A DNA stretch of 64,000 bases, taken from Mobula hypostoma. Its lineage: Eukaryota. Below the pieces are notes generated by a model. The model ran no database searches. It saw only the letters and a list, made by a program, of their open reading frames with translations, and was not told the DNA's origin. Position numbers and translations under genes: made by a program. Position 1 is the first letter of the stretch. Every line of letters begins with the position of its first letter. The stretch spans positions 64,232,001 through 64,296,000 of the forward strand of contig NC_086099.1 in the NCBI RefSeq assembly GCF_963921235.1, in the 5' to 3' direction. Shown here piece after piece: positions 1 through 11,834 of this stretch.

Positions 1-261
1 CCTCCCCTCCATTGAGCACACCTACATGAAGCGTCGTCACAGGAAAGCAACAGGGATCGCCCTCACGCAGGTCCTGTTCTCTTCTTGCTCTTGCTATTAG
101 GAAGAAGGTACAGGAGCCTCAGGACTCAAACTACCAGGTTCAGGAACAGTTATTTCCCCCATAACTTCACTCAACTTCACTTGCCCTATCTATGAAACGT
201 CCCCTCAAATTAGTCACTCACTTTCAAGGACCCTTCATCTTATGTTCTTAATATTTATTGG

Positions 262-294
<33 letters not shown>

Positions 295-487
295 GTTGTT
301 GTTGTTATTATTGTTTGTACTTGCACTTTTTGTTATCTTTCACACACTGGTTGAACACTGGTCTCACATTGATTTTATTATGGTTATTATTCTATTATGC
401 ATTTATTGAGTATATCTGCAAGAAAATGAATTTCAGGGTTGTATATGGTGACATATATGTACTTCAATAATAAATTTACTTTGACTT
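1..487 (+). mobile_element. Rex1/Babar-type LINE 3' end (C-terminal ORF remnant plus 3' UTR)
   Basis: Degenerate translation LPSIEHTYMKR...GRRYRSLRTQTTRFRNSYFP resembles the Rex1 ORF C-terminus; ends in AATAAATTTACTTTGA tail; contains (ATT)n/(GTT)n microsatellite at 261-311. Confidence 0.75.
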
Positions 488-1009
488 CTCTCTTCATAGA
501 TGTTATCTTACATGTTCCGGACATCCAGCAGTCTTAAAATTTTTATTTCAGCTTTTCATCATTTGCAGTTTTTATTTTGCATTTTAAGCTCTTTTGTTGA
601 CCTTGTGCTGTTTCCTTCTCTCTGATTGTATTAGTCTTACAGGATCCATTTATTCTAAGAAGACTATAGAACACTGTGCTAAGCTTGCTGTTTGTAACTT
701 TGTCTGCAGAATGCTGTGTTGAGACAATCAAATACTTGAAGACTTTATAAACTATCATACTATTCTATTAGACAGTGGATTTTTCTTTGGAGCTCTCTAC
801 CTCAGAAACCCCATTGTACTGAAATTGGAAAATTATTGTCAAAAGGACAATTTTAATTTGGGCAATATATTGTTGTCTCTTACTTACTGCCCATAATCTC
901 CCATTCACACACAAACAGTTATGGTCCCCATATCTCAGAAAGGGTGTGTTGTCATCGGAGAGAATCCAGAAGGTGTTCCTGAGGATGATTCAGAGAAGGA
1001 AGGGGTTAA

Positions 1010-1440
1010 CATTTCAGCAGCATTTGGCAGCTTTGGGCCTGTACTCACTGGAATTTACAAGAATGTGGACGGAGGGGGTGGTGGGATCTCATTGAAACCT
1101 ACTGAATGTTGAAAGGACTAGATAGAGTGGATATTTCCTCTGGTGGGTTATCCAGAAGTAGAGGGCACAGCCTCAGAATTGTGGAACAACCTTTTAGAAC
1201 AGAGCTAGCTAGAGAGTAGTGAATCTGTGTAATGCTCTGCCACAGACTGCAGTGGAGGCCAAGTCAGTGGGTATATTTAAGGCGGAAGTTGATCATTTCG
1301 TGATTGGTCAGGGCATCAAAGATTATGGCAATAAGGCAGGTGAATGGTGTTGAGTGGGTTCCGGAATCAGCCTTGATGGAATGGCGGAGCAGACTCGATG
1401 GGCTGAATGGCCTAATTCTGCTCCTATGTCTTATGGTCTA
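1010..1440 (+). mobile_element. CR1-type LINE 3' fragment
   Basis: LGLYSLEF..DLIETY-like coding remnant; terminal GATGGGCTGAATGGCCTAATTCTGCTCCTATGTCTTATGGTCT motif shared with other CR1 copies in the window. Confidence 0.85.
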
Positions 1441-2106
1441 GACTACTTTTCATTTTGTTTTACTTCTTTCTGGTCCAACTATTTTAGAACATTCTCTGAC
1501 ATTCTACTTGTTATCATGACAGGTTTTTAACTTCAAAGTTGCCTTTGTGGCCACTACTGTAATTGTTACAATTTGTCCTGGTACCTTACACCCATTGTAA
1601 TGCAATAGCTTTTCCACTCGATGACCGGTTACAATACATTGTATGCATGCTTTTAGCTTTTATTTGCTATCATAATGTGAGTGTATTCTTTACATATCTG
1701 GATTATACCTCATCTTTATTCTTTCTGGCTCTTTTGATGCAAAATACATGCAACCTCTGCAAAACCATGTCATTACTGCCCCTTGGGAAAGCCTGGCTTG
1801 CTCCTCATCCCATTATCTGACTACTCTCTTTGTGCTGGTGATGCATCACCCATCTACTCATCAATGATCATACTTGTATTAATGAATTGAGCTGCCTATG
1901 TATGCTACAGGCTCTTCTAGTTTAGTACTTTCTGTGCTTCCTTCTGTTGCAATAAATCCCTTCTCTCAACTGACCTCTCAGCTGATAAGAAGGTTAGCTT
2001 GAGGAAGAAGGAAAGTAGGCAAAAATATGAATACCTGAACAACCTGATGGAAACTGAGCTTGGGAGAATGTTAAAGCAACAACGCTGACTTAAGCTTCAC
2101 CTTCTT

Positions 2107-2338
2107 ACCCTCTGCTAATTAAGTAGGGTGGTGGTTTAGGGTAGCTTTAATTCAGTATTGGCTCCCAACTTGTAAACTTGCCAACATGTGTCATATATCC
2201 TGTTCCTTGAAGTTGACTCCATTTGTTATACAGGTGAACAAGATTTATGACCAAAGATGGCAAGCTTACAGGTTGGGACCCTACGTTAGATTGAACCTAC
2301 ACTGAAAACCACTATCCTCCTTAATTAGTGAGTAGGGT
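2107..2338. repeat. Imperfect long inverted repeat (about 100-bp arms), probable old MITE
   Basis: 2107-2205 aligns to the reverse complement of 2236-2338 (e.g. CTCCCAACTTGTAAACTTGCCA vs GTCCCAACCTGTAAGCTTGCCA). Confidence 0.75.
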
Positions 2339-3293
2339 TTTTTTTTATGAAGATTTGGCAGCCAGGATAATTAGAGCCTAAAACCTCCTTTCTTTTTCAA
2401 TCTTTTTGTTAGTTTCATAATAATACACATAGCATAGTAATGGTACAAAGTTATTGGGAATACATTGTTATAATTGGCATAGTTAATTATAAAGCCAATT
2501 GACACTTAATTAATAAAACTTCCAATCATATAGGATACAGATCAACAATGTAAAACAAATAAAAAATCTTTAAAAAAATCATGAAAAAGGAAAAAAAATT
2601 AAAACTGTAACCCCTCCCAAAAAAACTTATCTAAACAGTATTAATCAACTCAACTAAAAAAAACCCTAAAACTTCCTGACAGTCATTTTCATTTAACATA
2701 TATTGCTGCACCTCCTCAGCCAGAGAAGCTGCTGCATAATAAGAAGAGTGCAATAGAGCAAAAGAATAGACATCTTGATTCTGTGCATTATATTAATTTT
2801 GGATATTAATTCAAGCAATGGAGAGACACGTTAGCTTCGTTTTGGTTTTAATCTATCAGCAAATAGTTATTGGAAAAATCAAAAACAACTGTAGAAATCT
2901 GAAATAAAAAAAAACAGAATGCTGAAATAGCTCAGCAGGTCAGGCTGTACCAGTACTACTTTGATTAATTATTAACATAAAGTTATATTGTGGGAACATC
3001 AACCCCCAGTACCCAATAGTTAGATAATCCTGCTTCTTAGTAATTCAGTAAGCATGCTGAATTCAAAGGGAGGAATGGAAGGAAGTGTACTTCTTCCAGA
3101 GAGAAATTTTAAAACTTTTTATACCAATTCAAGGATTTTATAGAAATATTCAGGAAAATGCAATTTTGCCGGTTGGCTGGTTCCCATTTCTTCCTTACTG
3201 TACACCATAAAAAGTAATAGTTTTGTGGATGTTACTAGCATGGAATAACAAAACTGAAAAGAAGTTCAAGGTGTATTCACACATAAACTAATA

Positions 3294-4870
3294 CAGCGGT
3301 CCAAGAAATTTGGTGAACACTACAAAAATATGACCAAAGGTATGATCAGATGTTCACCTAAGTCCTAAAACTAGATAAAGGGAACCCAATTAAATAAATA
3401 ACACAAAAGCAATATAATTGCTCATTTATTTTTTGAGAAAAGGGATCCAATATTATATGTATTTGTTAGAAAAAGTATGTGAATCTTTGCTTTCAGTAAC
3501 TGGTGTGACTGCCTTGTACAATAATAACTTCAACCAAATATTTCTGGTAACTGTTGTTCAGTCTTGCACATTGGCTTGGAGGAATTTTAGGCCATTTCTC
3601 CTTACAAAACTCTGGGATGCTGGTCACTTCTTTGCATGAACTGCTTGCTTCAGGTCCTTCCACAATACTTCTACACGATTAGATTCAGGACTTCGACTCA
3701 GCCATTCCAAAACACAAATTTTCTTCTTTTTACACCATTCTGTTGTTGACTTACTCTTATCTATTGGATCATTATCCAACTTCTATTAAGCTTCAGGTGA
3801 CGGACCACTACCCTGACATTCTCCTGTAAAATGTCTTGACACAATTTTGAATTCATTGCTCCCTCAATGATTTCAGCTGTCCAGGCCCTGAGGCAGCAAA
3901 GCAGCCCCAAACCATGATGCTCCTTCCAGCATGCTTCGCAGTTGGGATGAGGTTTTGATGTTAGTGTGTGGTGCCCTTTTTCCACCAAATATAGTAATGT
4001 GCATTTCTGACAAAAAAGTTCAATGTTTATCTCATCTGTCCTCAGAACATTATCCCAGAAACATTGTAGAACATCCAGGTGGTCTTTTGCAAACTTGAGA
4101 TGTGCAATAATGTCTTTTTTTGGAGAGCAGTGGTTTCCTCTGTGGTGTCCTTCCATGAACTTCATTTTTGTTCAGTGTTTTTCTTATAATGGACACATGA
4201 ACAGAGACTTTAGCAAGTTCTAGAGATTTCTGCAGGTCTTTTCCTGTTACCCTTGGATTCCTTTTCACCTTCTTCAGCATTGCACACTGTGCTGTTGGTG
4301 TGAGTTTTTCAGGATTCCCATTCCAAGCAGAGTAGCAACAGTACCGAATTTCCTCCATTAGTAGACAATTTCTCTTACTGTGGACTAATGAACACTCAGG
4401 TTTTTAGGAATGCTTTTGTTGTCTTTTCCAGCTTGATGTATCTCTACAATTCTTCTTCTAAGGTCCTCTGAAAGTTGTTTTGATCAAAGCTTGGTGCACA
4501 TAAACAGATCTTTCTTGATAAGAGCAGACTCTGTCAGTAACCTGACTTTGTGTGTCTTTTTTATAGGGCAGGACACCTCTACAATCCACACCTCCAATCT
4601 CATCTCATTGATTAGAACACCTGACTTCAAATCGCTTGTGAAGAAGGCATTACTCTAGAGGTTCACATACTTTTTCCAACAAATACATGTAATATTGTAT
4701 AATTTTTAGCAATAAATAAATGAACAAGTATAATGCTTTGTGTTATTTATTTAATTGGGTTCTCTTTATCTAGTTTTAGGACTTGTGTGAAGATCTGATC
4801 ACATTTTAGGTCATATTTGTGCAGAAATAGAGAAAATTCTAAAGGGTTCACAAACTTTTTAGCACCTCTG
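3294..4870 (-). mobile_element. Tc1/mariner DNA transposon with about 200-bp TIRs, decayed
   Basis: TA|CAG...CTG|TA termini; 3294-3490 is the reverse complement of about 4660-4870; transposase remnants inside. Confidence 0.92.
3520..4500 (-). pseudogene. Tc1 DDE transposase, frameshifted
   Basis: ORF pieces NPRVTGKDLQKSLE...HGRTPQRKPLLSKK and LKFAKDHLD...WDNVLRTDE (ORFs 4050-4358 and 3761-4165); boundaries approximate. Confidence 0.88.
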
Positions 4871-5318
4871 TACATAGTGCAAAAAGTGTTACTAATTATT
4901 ACTTTTACAAGATGGTCAAGTCACCTGTCAAATTATATCAAACCTTTCTGATCACACCACAGCTAGATACTTGAATTTTTATTCTCTGCTTTCAGTTTCC
5001 TGACAATCATCACAATCTGTGTTTTATTTCCATAAGCTTAAAAGCTGACATGGTCCAAGATTGGAATGTTGCCATTTTCTTAGTGGAGCTAAATTCACAC
5101 CATTGATTTTATATTAAATTCCTGGTGTTGCTGGGGCTTTGAAATTAAACATATTAGGGCATAACTCTTACACACTAACAAGCAGTACAAAACTGATCAC
5201 AGAGCTAGACATGAGAAGTATCAGCCAGGTTCAGAAAAGTTTGAGTGAAGGTAGATAGCAGATAACGCATTTTCTAAGAGTGAAAAATACTTTATTTCAT
5301 ATCAATTTATAATAAACA

Positions 5319-5608
5319 GGGGCTGCTATGGTAGCGTAACAGTTAATGTGACGCTATTACAGCTTGGGGTGCTTCACAGTTCTGGCATTGTCTGTAAGGA
5401 ATCTGTACGTCCTCCCTGTAGAATGCATGGGTTTTCCCTGCATGCTCCAGTTTCCTACCACAGTCCAAAGGTGTACTGGGTAGGTGAATTGGTGATTGTA
5501 AATTGTCCCGTGTTTAGGTTAGTGTTAATTAGGTTTATCGGGGGTTGCTGAAGCAGTGTGGCTCGAATGGCCTACTCTGCTCTGTATCACCAAATCAATC
5601 AAATAAAT
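5319..5608 (+). mobile_element. tRNA-derived V-SINE (HE1-like)
   Basis: A-box-like TGGTAGCGTAA; V-domain TGCATGGGTTTTCCC..CAGTTTCCTACCACAGTCCAAAG; CR1-like tail GAATGGCCTACTCTGCTCTGTATC; A-rich end. Confidence 0.8.
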
Positions 5609-6300
5609 CTAGGATTGGGTACATGAAGTACAGAATAAGTTCAATTTCAAACACAAACATTCCACAACTTTGTTTAAAGAATAGTTTTTAAAAAGTTGTT
5701 GTGAATCATGGTATGCATAATTTTGAACATTGTCCTGGATGATTTCCATGTGCTGGAGTTGTCAAAATGTGCACAAAATCTATCATGACTCACATTTGCT
5801 GGATAATAGCGCACATAGTATATACTGAAAGCTCACTTTCATGTTTCCACTAACATCATACCCCTGTGTTCAACATGCAGATAAAACATAGTGGTGATAT
5901 CAGTCATTATGCACATTTGAAACCTGTCCTGTAAAATAACATCACAGATAAACAAGTAATGTAAGCCATCAATAATAAACGAGGGATGAGAAGAAAGAAG
6001 AAAGCCAATATTTAAAGAGACAGTTATTTGCTTGGCTGATTATTGTAAATTGTTTGGGAAAAGAGTTCAACGTGTTTGTAGAGTCCATACGGTTCTCTGT
6101 ATTGCCCTCCATTAGGACAAGTGACAAGATTGATGCCTTAAAACAAACTCAATTTATCAAGTGTTAATAACACTCAACTAACAACTGCACCTGATGCACA
6201 CAATTCTAAAACGTATAATCCAAGAGACTTCAGGGATCAATTAACCAAGGAAGAAAAGATCAAATGGTGACGATATTCTTAGCCAACAATAATAGAAAAG

Positions 6301-6440
6301 TCACAAATAAGAGAAAATCTGCAGATGCTAGAAATCCAAGCATTACATACAAAATGCTGGAGGAATTGAGCAGGCCAGGCAGCATCTATGGAAAAGAGTA
6401 CAGTCGACATTTTGGGCCGAGACCCTCTGGCAAGACTCAT
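6301..6440 (-). mobile_element. Short Penelope-terminus-derived element with decayed hammerhead motif
   Basis: Homologous to 15081-15221; flanked by 13-bp TSD AATAATAGAAAAG (6288-6300) / AATAGTAGAAAAG (6441-6453). Confidence 0.8.
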
Positions 6441-7687
6441 AATAGTAGAAAAGAAATTTCTTATTCTTTTGATCATTTCCAGGAGCCAACGGTTAGTATT
6501 CTGCCAAATCTTGCGGTTTGCAGCACACCATTAAATCTGCAGTGAGGTAGAGATCTCTATTCTAAAAAGAATTTCGGGTGGACAAGGCATCAAAAGACCT
6601 GATTATTTTAAATGTACTTGGCCCACCTTTGAGGGAGAAAGCTTTTCCTTGAGTGGAGGACATCAGGTAACAGATGCATGTATATTTGTTGAGATCATAG
6701 ATTCTGGGATGTGATAGACTGTGCCCCAAAGGTATCACAGATTAATCTGGAAATACATACCCACAGAGAAGGAAAAATTCTTTGCACATGCAAATGATGT
6801 GTGACCACAGTGAGAAAAGGTCCTTCTGGCCAACACATTATCACAAGGATAACTACATGACTTTCCCTCTCTACAGCCTACAATACATGCCACATTTTAA
6901 ATGGAGAACAGATGGCTCTCGAGTCCCCAGAAAATGCTGGAAAGTATAAATAATAGAGCTGTTGCAAAGTGGAAAACTCAAGTGCACTTGAAAGTGCAAA
7001 CATAACATTTATTAATAGAGTGTATGCTAGTTTCAGCGGGCATTTAGGATTCCTAATATTATTAATGTTTATTTTAAGTTAAGAAAAAAAAGCTGTACAT
7101 TCACCAACAGTTAAGTTCTCAAAATTTTTGCTTGAAATATGGACAAACTGACACCGGTGCCTCTAATCACTACAACTTTATCACTTGTTTTCCTGTATGA
7201 GTAAATTTCTAACCCATTAGTTGCAATTCAATAGCAGAGTGATTTCTTTTTCCAAATCACTAATTATTCACTTATGTGCAATGGTCATGAATCCAAATGG
7301 TCAAACGGTCCTGTGTTTTATTTAAGTATACTAAGTAATAGAATAGGAATGCGAGTAAAGAGATTTGTCAGCTGCCAACAACGGGAGGAAATAGTTTATG
7401 ATCCACCTTTTGTAGTTTCATAGAATTGAATTGATTTCATAATTTACATGCTTTATTTTCAGTATCTAATGAATGCTTACTTTTAATAGATATAGGCAGC
7501 TGGTAATAGAATGCTGTTCACTTTTGCTGTCAGTTGAGCCATGAGCAAGGAATAAATATTAATCAAAGAACACCACACCCAAATGAGATTTCACAATGCA
7601 ATCTTGATCAAGCACCATCTAGTGGAGATGATCTCAGACGTATACTTCTTTCTACTTTATACCCCTTGTATTTTGTACCCTCTAAGT

Positions 7688-7767
7688 CAGGGGTTCCCAG
7701 CCTTCTAAATGCCATGGACCCTTGCCATTAACCGAGGGGTCCATGGACCCCAGATAGGGAACTCCTG
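7688..7767. mobile_element. 80-bp hAT (Charlie-like) MITE
   Basis: TIRs CAGGGGTTCCC / GGGAACTCCTG; perfect 8-bp TSD CTCTAAGT (7680-7687 and 7768-7775). Confidence 0.88.
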
Positions 7768-8249
7768 CTCTAAGTATTAGTCAAACAACATTCTTCTTTC
7801 TTTTTGTTTTCCTCATTTCTTTTTCAAATCACATCCAACTCTTCCCTTTTATCAGAAGTAAATGGTTATTTCTTCTCTCTGTTTCAATACTGGTTGTGCT
7901 TATACTTTTCTAACTTAGCTGTTATTAGGTAGGAAATTCTACCTCATTTATGAAGATAAGAGAACTAAGAAGATCAAAGCTGGAGGCTGGGACAGGGTGG
8001 GTGCATGATTGGAAGTGGAATGGGTGGTGATATCTTCTGTGTATTTGATGAGTTTATATAAATGACCTTATTATGCTTAATGTGTGGTTCATGATTTTCT
8101 GCCCCGAACATACACATAAAAACTTCTTTGTTTAATTAAGTTTGAATTAATCCTGAGAATCAAAATCCTTAATACTCAAATAATGGAAGTGCAGTTGGTT
8201 TCATCTCAATTGTAGCCTTTTCATCTTTGACATCAAGAAAGGTAGACTT

Positions 8250-8415
8250 GGAATTATGTAGTGATTCTCTCAATGCCCTTTGGCTATCTCAGAGCGCTTC
8301 ACAACCAAGTCATTAGTTATGAAGTGTAGTCATTGTTGTTTACTTGGCACACAGCCAATCTGCATGTAGGAACTCCTAAGAATAACAATAAGATAAATGA
8401 CTGGTTAGCTGAAAG
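8250..8415 (-). mobile_element. Deu-domain SINE fragment (SacSINE1/AmnSINE1-like)
   Basis: Minus strand reads TCATTTATCTTATTGTT...GATTGGCTG...AACAATGACTACACTTCA...TGTGAAGCGCTCTGAG, resembling the Deu-SINE 3' region as I recall it. Confidence 0.55.
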
Positions 8416-8494
8416 AGAGAACGGTCACCTGGTCAGCTGGCAAATTCCAACAGGGAAATATAGAGATATTTTTCAGGGAGTGGATATAACACTT

Positions 8495-8780
8495 TGTAGC
8501 GGTGTGCTACACACAGCGTTAGAATAACCACATGGAGTCGGTGAGTTAGAGTTGCGATGAAAGAGATTTATTCAGACTTCGCGGCCTGCTTTAAAGCCTT
8601 CCCGTTCCTGCCCTCCCTGGGGCGGGACTTCTGTGGGGAATGCATATTCCCAGACCCTTTCCGCACGCGGGATTTTCCCCCTGCTGGTGAAGATGGCCTG
8701 GCGCCCTTTTTGGGGCCGGCCCTCTGCCTGCGCGCGCTGTTGTGAGCCGGTTCATGGGTGCCAGAAAGTGGGTCACCACA
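8495..8780 (-). repeat. 3' LTR (286 bp)
   Basis: TGTAGC...CACCACA; about 11 substitutions plus a 5-bp indel versus 12551-12841 (manual count); adjacent PPT GGTTCTGGGGGGGGGATTA on minus strand at 8781-8799. Confidence 0.95.
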
Positions 8781-8789
8781 TAATCCCCC

Positions 8790-11700
8790 CCCCAGAACCG
8801 GCGATACCTCCCCTCATGTCCACAGTCTGGATCGGCCTCTGTTTGGGAGGTCTGCCCCTGCGCCGCGGTACCTGAGCCTGGACCGGCTGCGCCAAGTCCA
8901 CATGGGCCGGTTTGAGTCGGTCCACCGTGAAAACCTCCTCTCTCCCCCCAGTGTCCAGCACGAACGTGGACCCGTTGTTCCTGATCACCTTAAACGGCCC
9001 CTCGTAGGGCCGCTGTAGCGATGCCTGGTGTCCACCCTGTCGTACAAAAAGAAACTTACAGTTCTGCAGGTCTTTGGGTACGCAGGTCGGGCTCTGTCCG
9101 TGCTGTGAAGTGGGGATGGGGGCCAGGTTACCGAGCCTCTCCTGTAGTCTGTCCAGGACTGCTGTGGGTTCTTCCTCTTGCCCCCTTGGGGCTGGTATGA
9201 ACTCTCCTGGGACGACCAGGGGTGCGCTGTACACCAACTCTGGCTGACGAGGTGTGCAGATCCTCCTTGGGTGCCGTGTGGATTCGAGCAGGACCCAGGG
9301 AAGTTCGTCCACCCAGTTTGGCCCCTCCAGGCGGGCCATGAGAGCCGATTTCAGGTGACGGTGGAAACGCTCCACTAGTCCGTTCGACTGTGGGTGGTAG
9401 GCAGTTGTGTGGTGTAGCTGAGATCCTAAATGGTTGGCCATACCTGACCACAGACTGGAGGTGAACTGGGCGCCCCTGTCGGAGGTTATGTGGGCCGGTA
9501 CCCCGAAGCGGGCTACCCAGGTTGCGATCAGTGCTCGGGCGCAGGATTTGGAGGTGGTGTCGGTGAGCGGGCTGCCTCTGGCCATCTGGTGAACCGGTCT
9601 ATCATAGTTAGGAGGTACCGCGCTCCTCGTGACACCGGCAGGGGCCCCATGATATCCACATGGATATGGTCGAACCTCTGGCGGGTGGGTTCAAACCACT
9701 GTGGCGGAGCCTTGGTGTGCCGCTGCACCTTGGCCATTTGGCACTGCATGCACGTTTTGGCCCATTCACTGACCTGTTTACGCAGTCCATGCCACACGAA
9801 CCTGTTGGCGACCAGCCAGACGGTTGTCCTGATGGAGGGGTGCGCTAAGTTGTGAATGGACTTGAAAACCCGCCGGCGCCAGGCTGCTGGGACGACGGGG
9901 TGGGGTTGGCCGGTAGATACGTCACATAGTAGGGTCCTCTCACCTGGGCCTACGGGGAAGTCTTGGAGCTGCAAACCGGAGACTGCAGTCCTGTATCTGG
10001 GGATCTCAGTGTCTGCCTGCTGTGCCTCTGCCAGCGCTGCATAGTCCACCCCCGGGACAGGGCCTGTATGGTCGGTCTGGAAAGTGCGTCCGCCACGACG
10101 TTGTCCTCTCCCGAGACATGCCGGATGTCCGTCGTGTACTCGGAGATGTAGGACAGATGTTGCTGCTGGCGGGACGACCGGGGTCGGACATCTTCATGAA
10201 CGCAAAGGTAAGCGGTTTGTGGTTGTGAACGCGGTGAAGGGCCTACCTTCTAAGAAGTACCTGAAATGCCGGATTGCCAGGTATAGTGCCAGTAGCTCCC
10301 GGTCGAAAGCACTGTATTTGAGTTCAGGTGGTCGTAGGTGTTTGCTGAAGAACGCCAGGGGTTGCCAGCGGCCCTCGATGAGTTGTTCCAGCACTCCACC
10401 GACCGCTGTGTTGGATGCGTCCACCGTGAGGGCAGTAGGAATGTCCGTTCTGGGGTGCACTAGCATCATGGCGTTTGCCTAGGCCTCTTTGGTTTTAACG
10501 AAAGTGGTTGCGGCCTCTTCGTCCCAGGTAATGTCCTTGCCCTTACCCGACATTAGAGTGAACAGGGGTCGCATGGTTCGGGCTGCTGAGGGGAGGAAAC
10601 GGTGGTAGAAATTCACCATACCCACGAATTCCTGCAGGCCTTTGACTGTGTTGGGTCGGGGGGAAGTTGCGGATCGCGTCTACCTTGGCGGGCAGCGGGG
10701 TTGCCCCGTCTTTTGTAATCCTGTGGCCCAGGAAATCGATGGTGTCGAGTCTGAACTGGTATTTGGCTGGGTTGATTGTAAGGCCGAATTCGCTCAGGCG
10801 GGAGTAGAGCTGGCGGAGGTGGGACAGATGCTCCTGCCGACTACTGCTGGCTATGAGGATGTCGTCCAAATAGATGAATGCAAAGTCCAGGTCGTGTCCC
10901 ACCGCGTCCATTAGCCGCTGGAATGTCTGTGCGGCATTCTTTAGACCAAACGGCATTCGGAAGAATTCAAAAAGTCCGAACGGGGTGATAAGTGCTGTTT
11001 TGGGGATGTCGTCCGGATGTACAGGGATTTGATGGTATCCCCGGATGAGGTCTACCTTGGAAAAGATCCTTGCGCCATGTAGGTTTGCTGTGAAGTCTTG
11101 AATGTGCGGCACAGGGTAGCGGTCTGGTGTTGTAGCCTCGTTCAGTCGGCGGTAGTCACCGCATGGTCTCCAGCCCCCCGTTGCCTTGGGCACCATGTGA
11201 AGCGGGGAGGCCCATGGGCTGTCGGACCGTCGTATGATCCCTAATTCCTCCATCTTCTTGAACTCCTCCTTCGCCAGTCGGAGCTTGTCCAGGGGAAGCC
11301 TTCGAGCACGGGTGTGGAGGGGTGGTCCCTGGGTCGGGATGTGGTGCTGTACTCTGTGTCTGGGCATGGCTGCCGTGAACTGCGGTGTCAGTACTGATGG
11401 GAAATCTGCCAGGACCCTGGTGAATTCATCGTCGGATGGCAACTGTGCTTCACCCAGGGAGAACGTTTGAAAAGTCTTGCCCTAATCGCTTCCCTTGCAG
11501 GTCGACCAGCAGGCTGTGGGCTCGCAGAAAATCCGCCCCCAGGAGTGGTTGGGCCACGGCGGCCAGTGTGAAGTCCCACGTGAACCGGCTGGAGCTGAAC
11601 TGTAGCCGCACCGTGCGGGTGCCATAGGTTCGTATTGTGCTGCCATTTGCGGCCCTCAGGGTGGGGTCCCGGTTCTCTGTTGCGGGTGTCGTAACTCGTT

Positions 11701-11830
11701 GGGGGTAAGACACTGATCTCCGCTCTGGTGTCGACTAAAAAGCGGCGTCCCGACTGCTTGTCCCAGACGTACAGGAGGCTGTCCTGATGGCCAGCCGCCG
11801 TAGCCATCAGCGGCGGCTGGCCCTGGCATT
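8790..11830 (-). pseudogene. Gypsy pol (protease, RT, RNase H, integrase), multiple frameshifts
   Basis: FLVDTRAEIS protease motif (DTG to DTR); [31 protein letters not shown]; RNase H DAS..ELLA; HNLAH..CMQC zinc finger; ITSDRG..VERFHR core; RPYEGPF. Confidence 0.93.
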
Positions 11831-11834
11831 TCCT
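11789..11834 (-). promoter_or_regulatory. Gag-pol -1 ribosomal frameshift cassette (decayed slippery site plus 12-bp stem-loop)
   Basis: AGGAAAT (11834-11828), 5-nt spacer, perfect stem GGCCAGCCGCCG/CGGCGGCTGGCC with 10-nt loop; protease ORF is in the -1 frame relative to the gag C-terminus. Confidence 0.72.

Noticed and set aside
258-470. 70-aa poly-Tyr/Cys ORF
   Set aside because: Translation of an (ATT)n/(GTT)n microsatellite in a LINE 3' UTR.
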